From positions 1 to 25,360 of the forward strand of contig JBDRBF010000009.1 in the NCBI GenBank assembly GCA_043822925.1: 25,360 nucleotides of DNA. The letters run 5' to 3'. The translations under genes and the position numbers were made by a program. Source of the stretch: a bacterium (lineage in GTDB: Bacteria > Babelota > Babeliae > Babelales > RVW-14). The notes below the pieces were generated by a model that worked only from the letters and a program-made list of their open reading frames with translations, was not told the origin of the DNA and searched no databases. Positions 25,029 to 25,360 of the stretch are shown piece after piece (positions within the stretch are counted from its first letter, which is position 1; each line of letters opens with the position of its first letter).

Positions 25029-25360
25029 ATGTTGACCAAAAAGAACTCGTCTGTTTTATTTTTTGTAATGTTTTTTTTCGTGCATAATTTTTGTTTTTCC
25101 AAAAGTACAGAAGAAATTGTTGCTGCAAAAAATGCGTATGTTGATCACGTTGGGATTGCTGGAAAAATATCTGAGTCTAAGCTTGCTGAACCTAAAAATG
25201 CTGTGAGCCAAAAAGATGAAGAGAATTATTTTAGTTATCTTTTAACGGCTCTTAAAAATATTACGTATCAAACAGAACAAGTTATAATTTCTTTGCCAAA
25301 AATGCCGCAAGATGAAATTGTTATCGATTTAACCTGCGCAGGCTCAGGTGATTTACTATC
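25029..25360 (+). CDS. Hypothetical exported protein, 3'-truncated (not in the ORF track)
   Basis: GGGGGG SD then ATG; open for 110 codons to the window end: MLTKKNSSVLFFVMFFFVHNFCFS-KSTEEIVAAK... Confidence 0.7.
   Translation, partial: MLTKKNSSVLFFVMFFFVHNFCFSKSTEEIVAAKNAYVDHVGIAGKISESKLAEPKNAVSQKDEENYFSYLLTALKNITYQTEQVIISLPKMPQDEIVIDLTCAGSGDLL

Overview
AT-rich bacterial window (genetic code 11) in two halves. Bases 1-13450 are mostly housekeeping: ppsA (5'-truncated), a partial Fo ATP synthase cluster (atpI/atpR-like, atpB, and a 317-aa atpE made of FOUR fused c hairpins), an FAD/NADH oxidoreductase, two paralogous Hsp20-like proteins (one with a signal peptide), a HIT hydrolase, anaerobic ribonucleotide reductase nrdG-nrdD and an NtrY-like sensor kinase. 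Bases 13650-25360 are a co-oriented array of signal-peptide-bearing genes. Four encode eukaryote-like PPP Ser/Thr phosphatases, each with a different C-terminus: a CaaX prenylation box, an NLS-like basic tail, ~18 ankyrin repeats plus a leucine zipper, or no tail (this copy is frameshifted at an A9 run). Among them is a protein whose K-x-H...K...R...LYV pattern matches the OspF/SpvC phosphothreonine-lyase fold. A ~110-bp hairpin/(TA)n/promoter-like module recurs three times in front of array genes. Best candidate novel system: a secreted, differently addressed host-dephosphorylation effector cluster; second, the four-hairpin c subunit. The gene content suggests an intracellular parasite of eukaryotes such as Ca. 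Dependentiae/Babelota. That is inference, and no database search was possible.
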